From: Conchiformibius sp.
Lineage (GTDB): Bacteria; Pseudomonadota; Gammaproteobacteria; Burkholderiales; Neisseriaceae
Assembly: GCA_030537065.1 (NCBI GenBank)
Contig: JAUNOT010000001.1
Location: forward strand, 5,255-68,640
Direction of reading: 5' to 3'
Length of the DNA stretch: 63,386 nt
Shown one piece after another: positions 1 to 9,511 of this stretch; position 1 is the first letter of the stretch, and each line of letters starts with the position of its first letter. Made by a program: the position numbers and the translations under genes. Below the pieces are notes generated by a model. That model was given only the letters and a program-made list of their open reading frames with translations, was not told the DNA's origin and did not search any database.

Positions 1-3000
1 CTACGACGTTCCAGCCCGATTCGTTTACGGCTTTGGCTATCGTGGTCGCGTTGACAACGATGTTGCCTTCGGCAGGGGTTTCTACTTTGCCGTCGGCTCC
101 AGCCTTCATATCGGCAAATTTGACTTCTGCAGGTTCAGCTGAAGCAGACAGGGTGATGTTGGCTCCGTCGCGGACGGCATGGATGCCTTTGCCGGCGATG
201 AAGTTCACTTCGCTGTTGTTTTTGATCTCGGCTGCCGCTTGGTCGCCTTTGATCTCGGAGGTGCCTCCGTCATTGCCCACATTCAACAACCATTTTTGTT
301 TGTTCAGTTGGGCTACGTTAACGGCGTCACTGTCTTTGGTGCCTTCGGCTACGTTGCTGATGGTAACGGGCGCGTTGGTATCACCACCACCCAGTTTCAA
401 GGTGTTGTTCTCCGCAGGGCTGAGGTTGATGGTATTACCGCCGTCACTCAGTTTGGTGCCTTTGAACTCAGGTGTGTCGGCAAATTTGATGGTCAGTTTG
501 CCGTCCTTGCTTTCTACATAGGTGTTTTTGTCGCTTACTGCGCTTTCTTCACCTTGGTAGCCGCCTTCCACCATCAGGGTGTCACCCAGGTTTTTGTGGA
601 TGGTGTCGCCTTTGTTGGCACCGAAGTTCAGGCCTTTGCCAGTCAGGTTGGTGATGGTGTTGTTGCTGACGTTGGCAACATCGCCTGCTGTAGCCAGTTT
701 GTTCGGCTCAGCCGTGGTTACGGTGGCATTGCCGCCGTTCTCTGCGGGTTTGAACTCTAACGGGCTGCTCAATTCGCTGACGTTGACGTCTACTTTGATT
801 GTGCTGCCTTTGCCGTCTTCGTTCTGGGTGACGCTGACGCTGGTACCGGTACCGTTGGCAAAGTTGACACCGTCTCCGGCATTAATGTCGTCTTTCTTCT
901 CGCCATTGGCACTCAGACTCCAGGAGGCTTTGTTCACTACGTCCGCTACGGTCGTGGCATTGACGAATTTCTTGCCTTCTTCCGTATCCGGCGTCGTTAC
1001 TTTGCCGTCCGCTACCGTCAGTCCGGTCGTCGGGGTACCCGCTGATTCCGGTACTTTGATGGTCACGGTGGTCACACCTTCTTGGCTTTCGTCGCTTACG
1101 ACTACTTCCGCACCTTCACCTACAAATTTGACTTTGTCTCCGGGGGTGACTTTGTTGCCGTTAGCATTGGTTTCACCTGAAATGTTCCAACCTTCGTTAA
1201 CGTACTGGTTCAGGTTCTCTAAACCTTTTGTTACCGTGGTCGCAGGTTCGCCATAAGTACTGCCGTTGTCTTTTTTAACATTAAAGTTAAAGTTTCCTAC
1301 TTCTCCCGTATCCGGGTTGTAGGCCGTGTCGCCGCCAATAATGTTGCTCAGGCTGTTGCCCGCCGCATACAACTGGCTGCCGTTTACGGCATCTTTGCTA
1401 TCCGGTGACAACTTGCCTTCTTTGACGTTGGTGATGTTCACCGGCGCACCGTCTTTGTCGCCTACTTTCAGGCTGCCGTCGCTGACGGTCAGGGTAACAG
1501 GTTTGGCATCAGTATTGGTTACGCCTCCAATTACGACGCTGTCGCTGTTCACTTTGGTAAAGTTCACTTCGTCCAGGGTCGAGTAGGTGAAGTTGTTACC
1601 ATCCTGCTTAACTTGCATGTTCTTGCCAGCCTGCAGTTTGACGGTCTCACCCGGATTGATCAGTTGTTTTTCAGCTCCGCTTACTTCACCACCTTCTTCT
1701 TTATCCGCTACGACGTTCCAGCCCGATTCGTTTACGGCTTTGGCTATCGTGGTCGCGTTGACTAATTTATTTTCGTCACCAACCGCAGGATTTTGTACTT
1801 TACCAGCCTCATTACCTTGTTGATTAACTGTTAATTTGGTTGTTTCGGGTGCTGCAGAAGAACGGCTACTGATGGTAACCACAGTCAAACCGTCAGTTGT
1901 TTCCTGTGCAACATCTACTGTTGTATCGCCGGAACCGACAAAGCGTACACGTTCACCGGGGGTTACTTTACCTTTGGTGACACCCGTACCATTTTGCACC
2001 AACCAACCATTATTAACATAAGTATTTAAATTACTTAATGCTGCACCTACATTATTAGCTACTTGGTTGTTGGCCGGATTAGAGGCATCTACCAAATTAT
2101 AGGAAGGAGGCGTCAATGTACCGTCTTGATTCAGCCGTGAACCGCCGCCCAAATGGTTTGCGGTGGTAGTGCCAACATTACCCAATGCTTTTTGAGTCAG
2201 GTAAAGCTGGCTGCCGTTAATCGCATCGGTAGAATCTTCAGAAATTTTACCTGGAGCCACATATTTGATTTGACGCGCACGGTCTGCGCTGCCGACAGAA
2301 ACAACCGAACCGTTTTTCAGGTCATTCCAACCGGCAAAACCGTCATATTTAATACCGTTTACGGTTGCATTTTTTTCGGTGGAAGCAACAGCAGCAGAAG
2401 AGTTATGACCGAGAATAACAATTTCTTCCAGCAAATTGGCGGGACGTCCAGTTATTTGAGTATTGATATTATTACCCAATACAAACGCATTGTTGGCGCC
2501 AACAGTATTGTTCAAACCGATAGCGGCCGAATCTTTGCCGGTAATTTTATTTTCCGCACCAACGGCAATAGAACGTGCGCCGCTAACGGTGGTGTTGGTA
2601 CCGGCGGCAATCGCATCGACTGCAGTGGTTAAGGTATTGGCACCGATGGCCACGCTGGTATCGGCGGTAGTATTGGCGGTAGAACCGATGGATACGGCTT
2701 TTTTACCGGAAGAATAAGCACGGTAACCAATCGCTACGGCATCATCTTTGCTGGTGGTTGAGAACGGGCCGATAGACAGGGAGGAATTAGCCAAAGCACG
2801 CGCACCACCACCAAAGGCGATGGCATCTTTGGCGGAGGCCAAAGTTTGGTCGTGGGGTTGGTGGTTAGTACCTTTTTGTTCACCTGCCGTACCAGTAGTA
2901 GACGAAGCATTGGCCACATCGGGCGAACCGATGGCAATGGCGCGGTAGCCGCTGGCATTGGCGGAGTGGCCGATGGCCAACGCGGCAGTACCGTTGGCAA

Positions 3001-4717
3001 TCGCGGTCATACCGATGGCTTGGTCAAAAGACTGCACGGCGGCTGCCTGACGGCCGACTGCCAAACCGGAGTTACCGCCGGCATAAGCTGCTGCACCGAT
3101 GGCAACACTAGAAGCCGTCAGATTATTCTTAACATTACCGGCCGTTGCCATCGGGCCTAATGCCACACCCAAACTTTGTGCAAAGGAACGGTCGCCCAAC
3201 GTTACCGAACCGCCGTCAGCCGTACTGTTTTGACCGATGGCAATAGAGGGTGATGGACCGCCTGCAATGCGTGTGTTTTTATCAGGATCCAGATTAGCAG
3301 GATTGGTTAAGGGGTTGGCAGGATTACCACGGTTTAAGTGGCTACTGGCACTACTTGCATTGGCGTTATAGCCCAAGGCGATACTGCCGTTACGGTCGGT
3401 TAAGGCGTTGGCACCGATGGCAATAGTGTGGTTACCTTTGACCGTTTTCTCTACCAGTTCATTTTCATTTTTAGTGCTCTTCTGCCAGCGCGGATTTTGG
3501 GCATTACTGCCGATGGCAATGGATTGGAAGCCTTCTGATGAAGCATTGGTACCGAAGGCGATGCTTTCGGTATTCAAGGCATTGGCATCCGTACCGATGG
3601 CAATGGCGCGGTCGCCGCCACGAGACATTTGGGCGGGGTTCAGGAGGGCAGTATCCAATGTACCGTTGGAGCCTGCACGGGCGCGGTCGCCGATGGCCAA
3701 GGTTTGATTGGAGAAGGCTACGGCGTTGCTGCCGAGGGCGGTGGCATTTTCACCACCGGCCATGGCATTGGCACCAACTGCGGTCGTGCGGTCGGATGCG
3801 GCAAAGCTTTGTGAACCCACGGCGGTGGCCTGGATACCGGTTACAGAATCAATTCTTAAGTTATTATTTTTAACGCTGCCTGAAACATATTTACCCATAC
3901 CGGCGATGGCACCGGCACCAAGTGCGGTGGCACCATGGTGCAGCGATTGGGTGTGTGCGCCTACGCTAACGGCACCGTTACCTTGAGTAGCGGTAGCAAC
4001 ATAGATATTGTCGGGATTGCTGCTAAGAGTGGGAACAGAACCTGCACCGCCGTTGGCACTTCCTGCAACGTTATAGCGGTGCTTGGTGGCAATGGTGTAT
4101 TGGTGACCGGCATTGTTTGTATCACCGGTATCGTCGCTACCGATGGCAATGCTGCCGTAACCGCCGGCATAAACGTCGTTACCAACTGCTGTGCTTTGTG
4201 CGCCGACCGCTTGGGCACGGGTACCAAAAGCAACAGTTTGTGCACCAGTAGCTAAAGTTACCCAGTTGGCATTGTTCGGGTCTGACGGTTGAGTACCAGT
4301 ACCAACCGCCACGGATTCTTCCCCAGTAGCTTTCACTCGCGGACCGATGGCAACATTACCTTGATGATTGGCACTACCGCTTACAGCCTGGGTTTGGTAG
4401 CCGATGGATACACCATATTGATGTACTTTGGCATTGCTGCCGATACCGATTGCATTACCGCCGCCAGTAGCACCGGCTAATGCAGGCTGTAATTGTGAAT
4501 TACTCGGGCTGATTAAAATATTGCTATTGCCCTGCCGACCGTTATCGTTAATAACCGCAGAGGCCGTACCCGCTACACCGCCAAAGGTCATGGCGATGGC
4601 GGCGGCAACAGCGGTTTTAACCGACTTGCCTTTCTTACCGCGCGCCGGCTCGTTTTCCGAGACGGCGACGTAGGTATTGGTGGATTCGTTATAAACAACC
4701 CGATAGGTATGGTTCAT
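1..4717 (-). CDS. Trimeric autotransporter adhesin (YadA/Hia-like), partial; 3' end lies outside the window
   Basis: ATG at 4717 after AAGGA; ESPR-type signal MNHTYRVVYNESTNTYVAVSE; many (S/A)xA(I/V)G head repeats; neck motifs RQIKYVAPG..STDAINGSQLY and TNVKEG..SKDAVNGSQLY; Trp-ring motifs (SGWNVVA, SWSLSANG); the same frame reads VVNATTIAKAVNESGWNVV at the window's left edge. Confidence 0.93.
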   Translation of the reverse strand, partial: MNHTYRVVYNESTNTYVAVSENEPARGKKGKSVKTAVAAAIAMTFGGVAGTASAVINDNGRQGNSNILISPSNSQLQPALAGATGGGNAIGIGSNAKVHQYGVSIGYQTQAVSGSANHQGNVAIGPRVKATGEESVAVGTGTQPSDPNNANWVTLATGAQTVAFGTRAQAVGAQSTAVGNDVYAGGYGSIAIGSDDTGDTNNAGHQYTIATKHRYNVAGSANGGAGSVPTLSSNPDNIYVATATQGNGAVSVGAHTQSLHHGATALGAGAIAGMGKYVSGSVKNNNLRIDSVTGIQATAVGSQSFAASDRTTAVGANAMAGGENATALGSNAVAFSNQTLAIGDRARAGSNGTLDTALLNPAQMSRGGDRAIAIGTDANALNTESIAFGTNASSEGFQSIAIGSNAQNPRWQKSTKNENELVEKTVKGNHTIAIGANALTDRNGSIALGYNANASSASSHLNRGNPANPLTNPANLDPDKNTRIAGGPSPSIAIGQNSTADGGSVTLGDRSFAQSLGVALGPMATAGNVKNNLTASSVAIGAAAYAGGNSGLAVGRQAAAVQSFDQAIGMTAIANGTAALAIGHSANASGYRAIAIGSPDVANASSTTGTAGEQKGTNHQPHDQTLASAKDAIAFGGGARALANSSLSIGPFSTTSKDDAVAIGYRAYSSGKKAVSIGSTANTTADTSVAIGANTLTTAVDAIAAGTNTTVSGARSIAVGAENKITGKDSAAIGLNNTVGANNAFVLGNNINTQITGRPANLLEEIVILGHNSSAAVASTEKNATVNGIKYDGFAGWNDLKNGSVVSVGSADRARQIKYVAPGKISEDSTDAINGSQLYLTQKALGNVGTTTANHLGGGSRLNQDGTLTPPSYNLVDASNPANNQVANNVGAALSNLNTYVNNGWLVQNGTGVTKGKVTPGERVRFVGSGDTTVDVAQETTDGLTVVTISSRSSAAPETTKLTVNQQGNEAGKVQNPAVGDENKLVNATTIAKAVNESGWNVVADKEEGGEVSGAEKQLINPGETVKLQAGKNMQVKQDGNNFTYSTLDEVNFTKVNSDSVVIGGVTNTDAKPVTLTVSDGSLKVGDKDGAPVNITNVKEGKLSPDSKDAVNGSQLYAAGNSLSNIIGGDTAYNPDTGEVGNFNFNVKKDNGSTYGEPATTVTKGLENLNQYVNEGWNISGETNANGNKVTPGDKVKFVGEGAEVVVSDESQEGVTTVTIKVPESAGTPTTGLTVADGKVTTPDTEEGKKFVNATTVADVVNKASWSLSANGEKKDDINAGDGVNFANGTGTSVSVTQNEDGKGSTIKVDVNVSELSSPLEFKPAENGGNATVTTAEPNKLATAGDVANVSNNTITNLTGKGLNFGANKGDTIHKNLGDTLMVEGGYQGEESAVSDKNTYVESKDGKLTIKFADTPEFKGTKLSDGGNTINLSPAENNTLKLGGGDTNAPVTISNVAEGTKDSDAVNVAQLNKQKWLLNVGNDGGTSEIKGDQAAAEIKNNSEVNFIAGKGIHAVRDGANITLSASAEPAEVKFADMKAGADGKVETPAEGNIVVNATTIAKAVNESGWNVV
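1708..1762. repeat. 55-bp exact direct repeat of window positions 1-55, inside the adhesin
   Basis: ctacgacgttccagcccgattcgtttacggctttggctatcgtggtcgcgttgac is present at both 1-55 and 1708-1762. Confidence 0.95.
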
Positions 4718-5049
4718 AATTTTTGTCCTTACAACTGATGAATAAAAAATCTTTCAGACAGCAGCAAAGGCCGCCCGTGGCGGCTTTTGCCTTATTGTGC
4801 CTTTTTTTGCCGTTTATTTTTTCAAACAAGTGCAAACCTTGGTTTTTACAGGCCGCATTCTGTTTAAATGGAGATGTCACGCAATTTCCGTGCCACATTT
4901 TAATGTTTTAACAAACGGGTAGGGGGCAATTTTGCCCCGCCGTTACGCCGTCGGCATCTTGCATTGTGCATGTGGTGCTTGCTTTGCATACTTTTACAAA
5001 AAAATGGAAAAATCGGCGTCTTTTGTAAAGGTTGAAACTTCTCGTAGCG

Positions 5050-5079
5050 ATTGTAACGCCCGACGGTAAGGGGCTTCAA
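5050..5079 (-). promoter_or_regulatory. Putative sigma70 promoter of the adhesin
   Basis: TTGAAG-18 bp-TACAAT on the minus strand. Confidence 0.55.
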
Positions 5080-5105
5080 GCTAAATCGGGGGATTTTTTT
5101 ATTTT

Positions 5106-5120
5106 TTCAGGCAGCCTGAA
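5106..5120. repeat. DNA uptake sequence 15-mer TTCAGGC(A/T)GCCTGAA (representative; dozens of copies across the window)
   Basis: Copies at e.g. 5106, 5234, 6454, 7036, 10237, 12815, 15868, 16820 and 16840; matches the kingDUS/simDUS dialects of Neisseriaceae. Confidence 0.93.
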
Positions 5121-5172
5121 GCGGCCGCCTGCGGGATTGGGGCTTGATTTTTGTTATTTGGGGTTTGTGCAG

Positions 5173-6165
5173 TCAGAAGGTTGTGCTTGCTTGATTGGGG
5201 GCAATCATTTGGCAGGCACACGCCAGCGCAGCTTTCAGGCTGCCTGAATCGGCTTGGCCGCTGCCTGCCAGCGTGAGGGCGGTGCCGTGGTCAACGGAGG
5301 TGCGGATAAAGGGCAGGCCGAGGGTGATGTTTACGCCTTGTCCAAACGAGGCGTATTTAAGGACGGGCAGGCCTTGGTCGTGATAGGCGGCCAAGACGGC
5401 ATCGGCATCTTTAAGCATAAACGGTTGAAACAGGGTATCGGCAGGCAGGGGATCGCTGATACGGATGCCTTCGGTGCGTAGGGCGGCGGCGGCAGGCTGC
5501 ATGATGTCGCGCTCTTCCGTGCCGAGATGACCGCCTTCGCCTGCGTGGGGGTTCAGTCCTGCCAGTAGGATGCGCGGTTCGGGAATGTGGAATTTGTTTT
5601 GCAGGTCGTGATGGAGGATGCGGGCAATGCGTTGAATGCGCTCTTGGCTAATGGCATCGGCCACTTGGCGCAAGGGCAGGTGGGTGGTCAGCAGGGCCAC
5701 GCGCAAGCCGCCGCCCGCCAGCATCATGACGACTTGTTCGGTTTGGGATTTTTCGGCCAGATATTCGGTGTGGCCGCTAAAAAAGGGGATGTTACCGGCA
5801 TCGTTAATCACGCCTTTGTGCAGGGGCGCAGTTACCATGGCGGCAAAGCGGCCGTCTGCCACGCCCTGATAGGCACTGTCCAGCAGTTGTAAAACATAGG
5901 CGGTATTGGCGGGATTGAGTACGCCCGCTTGGCAGGGCGCGCGCAGGGGAATGTGGATAACGTCCAGCGTGCCGCTTTCAGGCTGCCTGTCGGCACGGTA
6001 TTCGCGCAGGCGGACGTTTTTGCCGAGCAGGGCAGCACGTTGGCGCAATAAATCTATGTCGCCGAGTACGGCCACGCGGCAGGGCAGGCCGTGGTCGGAC
6101 ATATCCAAACAGATGTCGGGGCCGATACCGGCCGGTTCGCCGGAAGTGATGACGATGGTGTGCAT
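5173..6165 (-). CDS. pdxA: 4-hydroxythreonine-4-phosphate dehydrogenase
   Basis: GEPAGIGPD, GHTEYLA, GLNPHAGE and IRTSVDHGTA motifs. Confidence 0.96.
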   Translation of the reverse strand: MHTIVITSGEPAGIGPDICLDMSDHGLPCRVAVLGDIDLLRQRAALLGKNVRLREYRADRQPESGTLDVIHIPLRAPCQAGVLNPANTAYVLQLLDSAYQGVADGRFAAMVTAPLHKGVINDAGNIPFFSGHTEYLAEKSQTEQVVMMLAGGGLRVALLTTHLPLRQVADAISQERIQRIARILHHDLQNKFHIPEPRILLAGLNPHAGEGGHLGTEERDIMQPAAAALRTEGIRISDPLPADTLFQPFMLKDADAVLAAYHDQGLPVLKYASFGQGVNITLGLPFIRTSVDHGTALTLAGSGQADSGSLKAALACACQMIAPNQASTTF

Positions 6166-6183
6166 GGTGGGTATTCCTATGGT

Positions 6184-7995
6184 TTAGATGCCGTGCAAAG
6201 CGGCGTAAATTTTTTCGGCCAAGGCGCGGCTGATGCCTTCGGTTTGGGCGATTTCGTCCACGCCCGCCGCCGTGACGCCGCGCAGGCTGCCGAAACGGGT
6301 TAGCAGGGCTTTTTTGCGTTTCGCACCGATGCCGTCAATCTCGTCCAAAGCAGAAGTGAGACGGGCTTTGTCGCGTTTTTTGCGGTGGCCGGTAATGGCG
6401 AAGCGGTGGGCTTCGTCGCGCACGGTTTGCAGCAGGTGCAGGGCCGGACGGTTTTCAGGCAGCCTGAAACGTTGGTTTTGAAACGGCAAAATCAGTTCTT
6501 CCAAACCGGCTTTGCGTTCTACGCCTTTGGCAATACCGACCAGCGGTATCTGCAAGCCGAGTTCCGCCCACACCGCCAAGGCCACGTTAATCTGCCCCGT
6601 ACCGCCGTCAATCAATACAGCATCGGGAAAGACGGCGTTTTCGCCGTTGGCGCGCGCCTGCAAAAGTTTGCCGTAACGGCGGGTCAGGACTTCACGCATG
6701 GCGGCATAGTCGTCGCCTGCTTTGGCGGTGGCGATATTGTAGCGGCGGTATTGTTCGGGACGCATCGCCAAGTCTTCATAAACAACGCAGGAGGCTACGG
6801 TTGCTTCGCCCTGCGTGTGGCTGATGTCAAAGCACTCCAAACGGTTCAGGCTGTCGCTGCCGAGCAGTTGTGCCAAGTCGTCGGCACGCTGGCGGCGCAG
6901 GCTGTCGTGCTGCTGTTGCTGGCTTAAGGCGATACGGGCGTTGTGTTCGGCCATTTCCAACCATTTGCGTTTTTCGCCGCGCTCGGGACGGACAAAACGG
7001 ACGGGCTGCTGGCTGTTGATGGCCTGACACAGGCTTTCAGGCAGCCTGAAATTGGACACCAGCACATCGGGCTTGGCGCGGTCAAGATAATGTTGTGCGA
7101 CAAAAGCTTCAGCATACGCCTGCGGCTCGGTGTCGCTGCCGATAAAGTTTTTGTCACCTGCGTGCCGTCCGCCGCGGATAACCGTCCAGTTCAAACACAC
7201 CGCGCCGGCTTCTTCCACCACCGCCAACACGTCAATATTACCGGCACGCTGCGGATGGCGGCTGTCAATAAACTGGCGGCTTTGCACCAGCCCCAAAGCC
7301 TGAATGCGGTCGCGGTAACGGGCGGCGGCCTCAAAATCCAGCGCGGCGGCGGCCTGCTGCATTTGCTCATGCAGCTCTTGGCTTAAAGCGTCGGTGCGGC
7401 CGTCCAAAAAATCGGCGGCGGCACGCACGCGGGCGGCATAGTCGTCCGCATCGGTTTCGCCGGTACACGGGCCGCAGCAGCGTTTGATTTGAAACAGCAG
7501 ACAAGGACGTTGGCGGTGGGCAAACACGCTGTCTTCGCAGGTACGCAGCCCGAATGCTTTTTGTAAGGTTTCAATGCCTTCGCGCACAGCATGGCTGTTG
7601 GGATACGGGCCGAAAGCGCGGTCGGACGCTTTCAGGCTGCCGCGGTGATAGGCGATTTGCGGAAAGGCATGGCCGCTGATTTTTAAATAAGGATAGGATT
7701 TGTCGTCGCGGAACAGGATATTGTATTTGGGCGACAGCGATTTAATCAGATTGTTTTCCAGAATCAGGGCTTCGGCTTCGCTGCGGGTGACGGTAATTTC
7801 CACCCGCGCCACCTGCTTGAGCATCAGCACAATGCGCGGCGAATGGTCGTTTTTGTGAAAATAACCCGACACGCGCCGTTTTAGGTTTACCGCCTTGCCG
7901 ACATACAGCACCGCGCCGTCTGCCGCCAGCATACGGTACACACCGGGCAGCACGGGCAGGGTAGATAAAAAATGGGACAGGTCAAAATCAGACAT
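6184..7995 (-). CDS. uvrC: Excinuclease ABC subunit C
   Basis: GIY-YIG (GVYRM..YVGKA), ECFDISH, IDGG, C-terminal HhH. Confidence 0.97.
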   Translation of the reverse strand: MSDFDLSHFLSTLPVLPGVYRMLAADGAVLYVGKAVNLKRRVSGYFHKNDHSPRIVLMLKQVARVEITVTRSEAEALILENNLIKSLSPKYNILFRDDKSYPYLKISGHAFPQIAYHRGSLKASDRAFGPYPNSHAVREGIETLQKAFGLRTCEDSVFAHRQRPCLLFQIKRCCGPCTGETDADDYAARVRAAADFLDGRTDALSQELHEQMQQAAAALDFEAAARYRDRIQALGLVQSRQFIDSRHPQRAGNIDVLAVVEEAGAVCLNWTVIRGGRHAGDKNFIGSDTEPQAYAEAFVAQHYLDRAKPDVLVSNFRLPESLCQAINSQQPVRFVRPERGEKRKWLEMAEHNARIALSQQQQHDSLRRQRADDLAQLLGSDSLNRLECFDISHTQGEATVASCVVYEDLAMRPEQYRRYNIATAKAGDDYAAMREVLTRRYGKLLQARANGENAVFPDAVLIDGGTGQINVALAVWAELGLQIPLVGIAKGVERKAGLEELILPFQNQRFRLPENRPALHLLQTVRDEAHRFAITGHRKKRDKARLTSALDEIDGIGAKRKKALLTRFGSLRGVTAAGVDEIAQTEGISRALAEKIYAALHGI

Positions 7996-8001
7996 GTGAA
8001 A

Positions 8002-8454
8002 TCATTTGCTTGATTGACACTTTTCAAATTCAGACGGATATTCTGAACTAAATTCTATATAGCCGCAGAAATTTAACATTTCATCAAAGTGTTTGGGTCT
8101 AAACAGATTATATTGGACACCGTCCTTACAGGAATAGAGCAATTTATCTATAATAAGAAAATCATTGTATTCTAAACGCTTTATAATTTCTTCTTCTGAC
8201 AAGCAGTTTTCAATATAGATTCTTTGTTTTACATATAACCATGAATTAATGCCCTCTATTTTCTTCATACCCATATCCCATCTGGGAGATTGCATACTTT
8301 CAGCCAAATGGGCAATATTTTGTTTGGATTGAGCAAGTTTTTCATTTTTATCATTTGCTGAACGATTAACACCAAATGCCCCGTATAAGATAATGAGCAT
8401 TAAAATAATCCTTTTCAAATACAGCATAATCTTTTTATTTATTTTCTTTGCCAT
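8002..8454 (-). CDS. Hypothetical AT-rich protein with an N-terminal membrane anchor
   Basis: 150-aa ORF, basic N-terminus then hydrophobic segment, four Cys; markedly AT-rich. Confidence 0.7.
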   Translation of the reverse strand: MAKKINKKIMLYLKRIILMLIILYGAFGVNRSANDKNEKLAQSKQNIAHLAESMQSPRWDMGMKKIEGINSWLYVKQRIYIENCLSEEEIIKRLEYNDFLIIDKLLYSCKDGVQYNLFRPKHFDEMLNFCGYIEFSSEYPSEFEKCQSSK

Positions 8455-8464
8455 ACTTTTATCT

Positions 8465-9052
8465 TTATTGACGTTCCAAACGAGTTTCAGAACCCAAATC
8501 TTTTAATCTTATCCGCACTTCTTTAATATTCTGCTCGGTAAAGAAATTTTCCATATTCCGCCACACGGGGTGGAAACCGTAAGGCCCGTTTACCATTTCC
8601 CGTTTGGCTTCTTCCAAAGGCCAGTTTTGATAAATAATCCGGTACACCGCCGCAATCAAACCCGTGCGGTCGGCACCGTGATAACAATGCACCAACACCG
8701 CCCCGTGCTGTTGCGCCCGCTCAATCTGCCATAAGACTTCAGCAACGTCTTTGGGGCGGATAAACCAAGACATTAACGGCGTATTCACCAGCTTTAAATT
8801 GCGGTGACCGAAAGCCGCTTGGTCGTCGTTGCGGTCAAAAAATCTTAAATTGACAATGGTTTGGATATTATGCTGTTTCAATAGGGCATAGTCTTGGGCG
8901 GCAAGCTGTTCGCTGCGGAACAGTTTGCCGTCCAAACGGTATAAATTGCTTTCTTTATTTAATACGGTTGCCCAATGCGGATGATTTTCGGCTGCCTGAA
9001 CGGCACACGCCGAAACGGAAAGCATTAGGAGAACAGGTAAAATTTTCTGCAT
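8465..9052 (-). CDS. Exported dual-specificity/tyrosine phosphatase family protein
   Basis: HCYHGADRTG (CX5R) P-loop; N-terminal signal with a possible lipobox (VSAC). Confidence 0.88.
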   Translation of the reverse strand: MQKILPVLLMLSVSACAVQAAENHPHWATVLNKESNLYRLDGKLFRSEQLAAQDYALLKQHNIQTIVNLRFFDRNDDQAAFGHRNLKLVNTPLMSWFIRPKDVAEVLWQIERAQQHGAVLVHCYHGADRTGLIAAVYRIIYQNWPLEEAKREMVNGPYGFHPVWRNMENFFTEQNIKEVRIRLKDLGSETRLERQ

Positions 9053-9053
9053 A

Positions 9054-9440
9054 TCAAGTCGGCGCGTGTCTGTAAGCACCGCGTACCGCGCAACCTTTTA
9101 CCACTTTGCCGCGATAATACAGCTTGGCGGTAAACTCGTTCATGCGGCCGTTGTGGTCGCGGCAGCGTTGGCCGTTGATGTTGAGCGTCACTTCGCCGAA
9201 ACGGGTTTTGCCGCTAAATTCCACGCCTTTGGCATATGCAGAACGCTTTACGGGAATACGGCGGTAATATTCCTTGCCCTTAATCGTTTCCAATTCCATG
9301 CGGTTGTTGCGGATAACCGCGCGCCAGCCGTTTTCGCCGTCGCCGCTAAAAGCGGTAAAGTTGCGTACCACCGTGTCTTTTGCCTGTACCGACAAGGCCG
9401 CGCACAAAGCCGCCGCCGCCAAAATCATTTGTTTTTTCAT
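9054..9440 (-). CDS. Secreted hypothetical protein (COG3650-like)
   Basis: Signal peptide ending VQA; GxGENGW..C.D..A..GCA pattern. Confidence 0.7.
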   Translation of the reverse strand: MKKQMILAAAALCAALSVQAKDTVVRNFTAFSGDGENGWRAVIRNNRMELETIKGKEYYRRIPVKRSAYAKGVEFSGKTRFGEVTLNINGQRCRDHNGRMNEFTAKLYYRGKVVKGCAVRGAYRHAPT

Positions 9441-9511
9441 TATTGTTTCTGGTTTCATTCAAAAAGGCCGCACATTCTGCCACAGCCTGCCGCCGCTTTG
9501 CGCGGTTTAAC

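Noticed and set aside
33-4673. Many + strand ORFs over the adhesin
   Set aside because: Antisense shadows of the continuous minus-strand autotransporter frame
8029-8038. Near-canonical Neisseria DUS (TCCGTCTGAA) in the AT-rich gene as a donor signature
   Set aside because: A single mismatched copy within codons YPSE; compatible with chance
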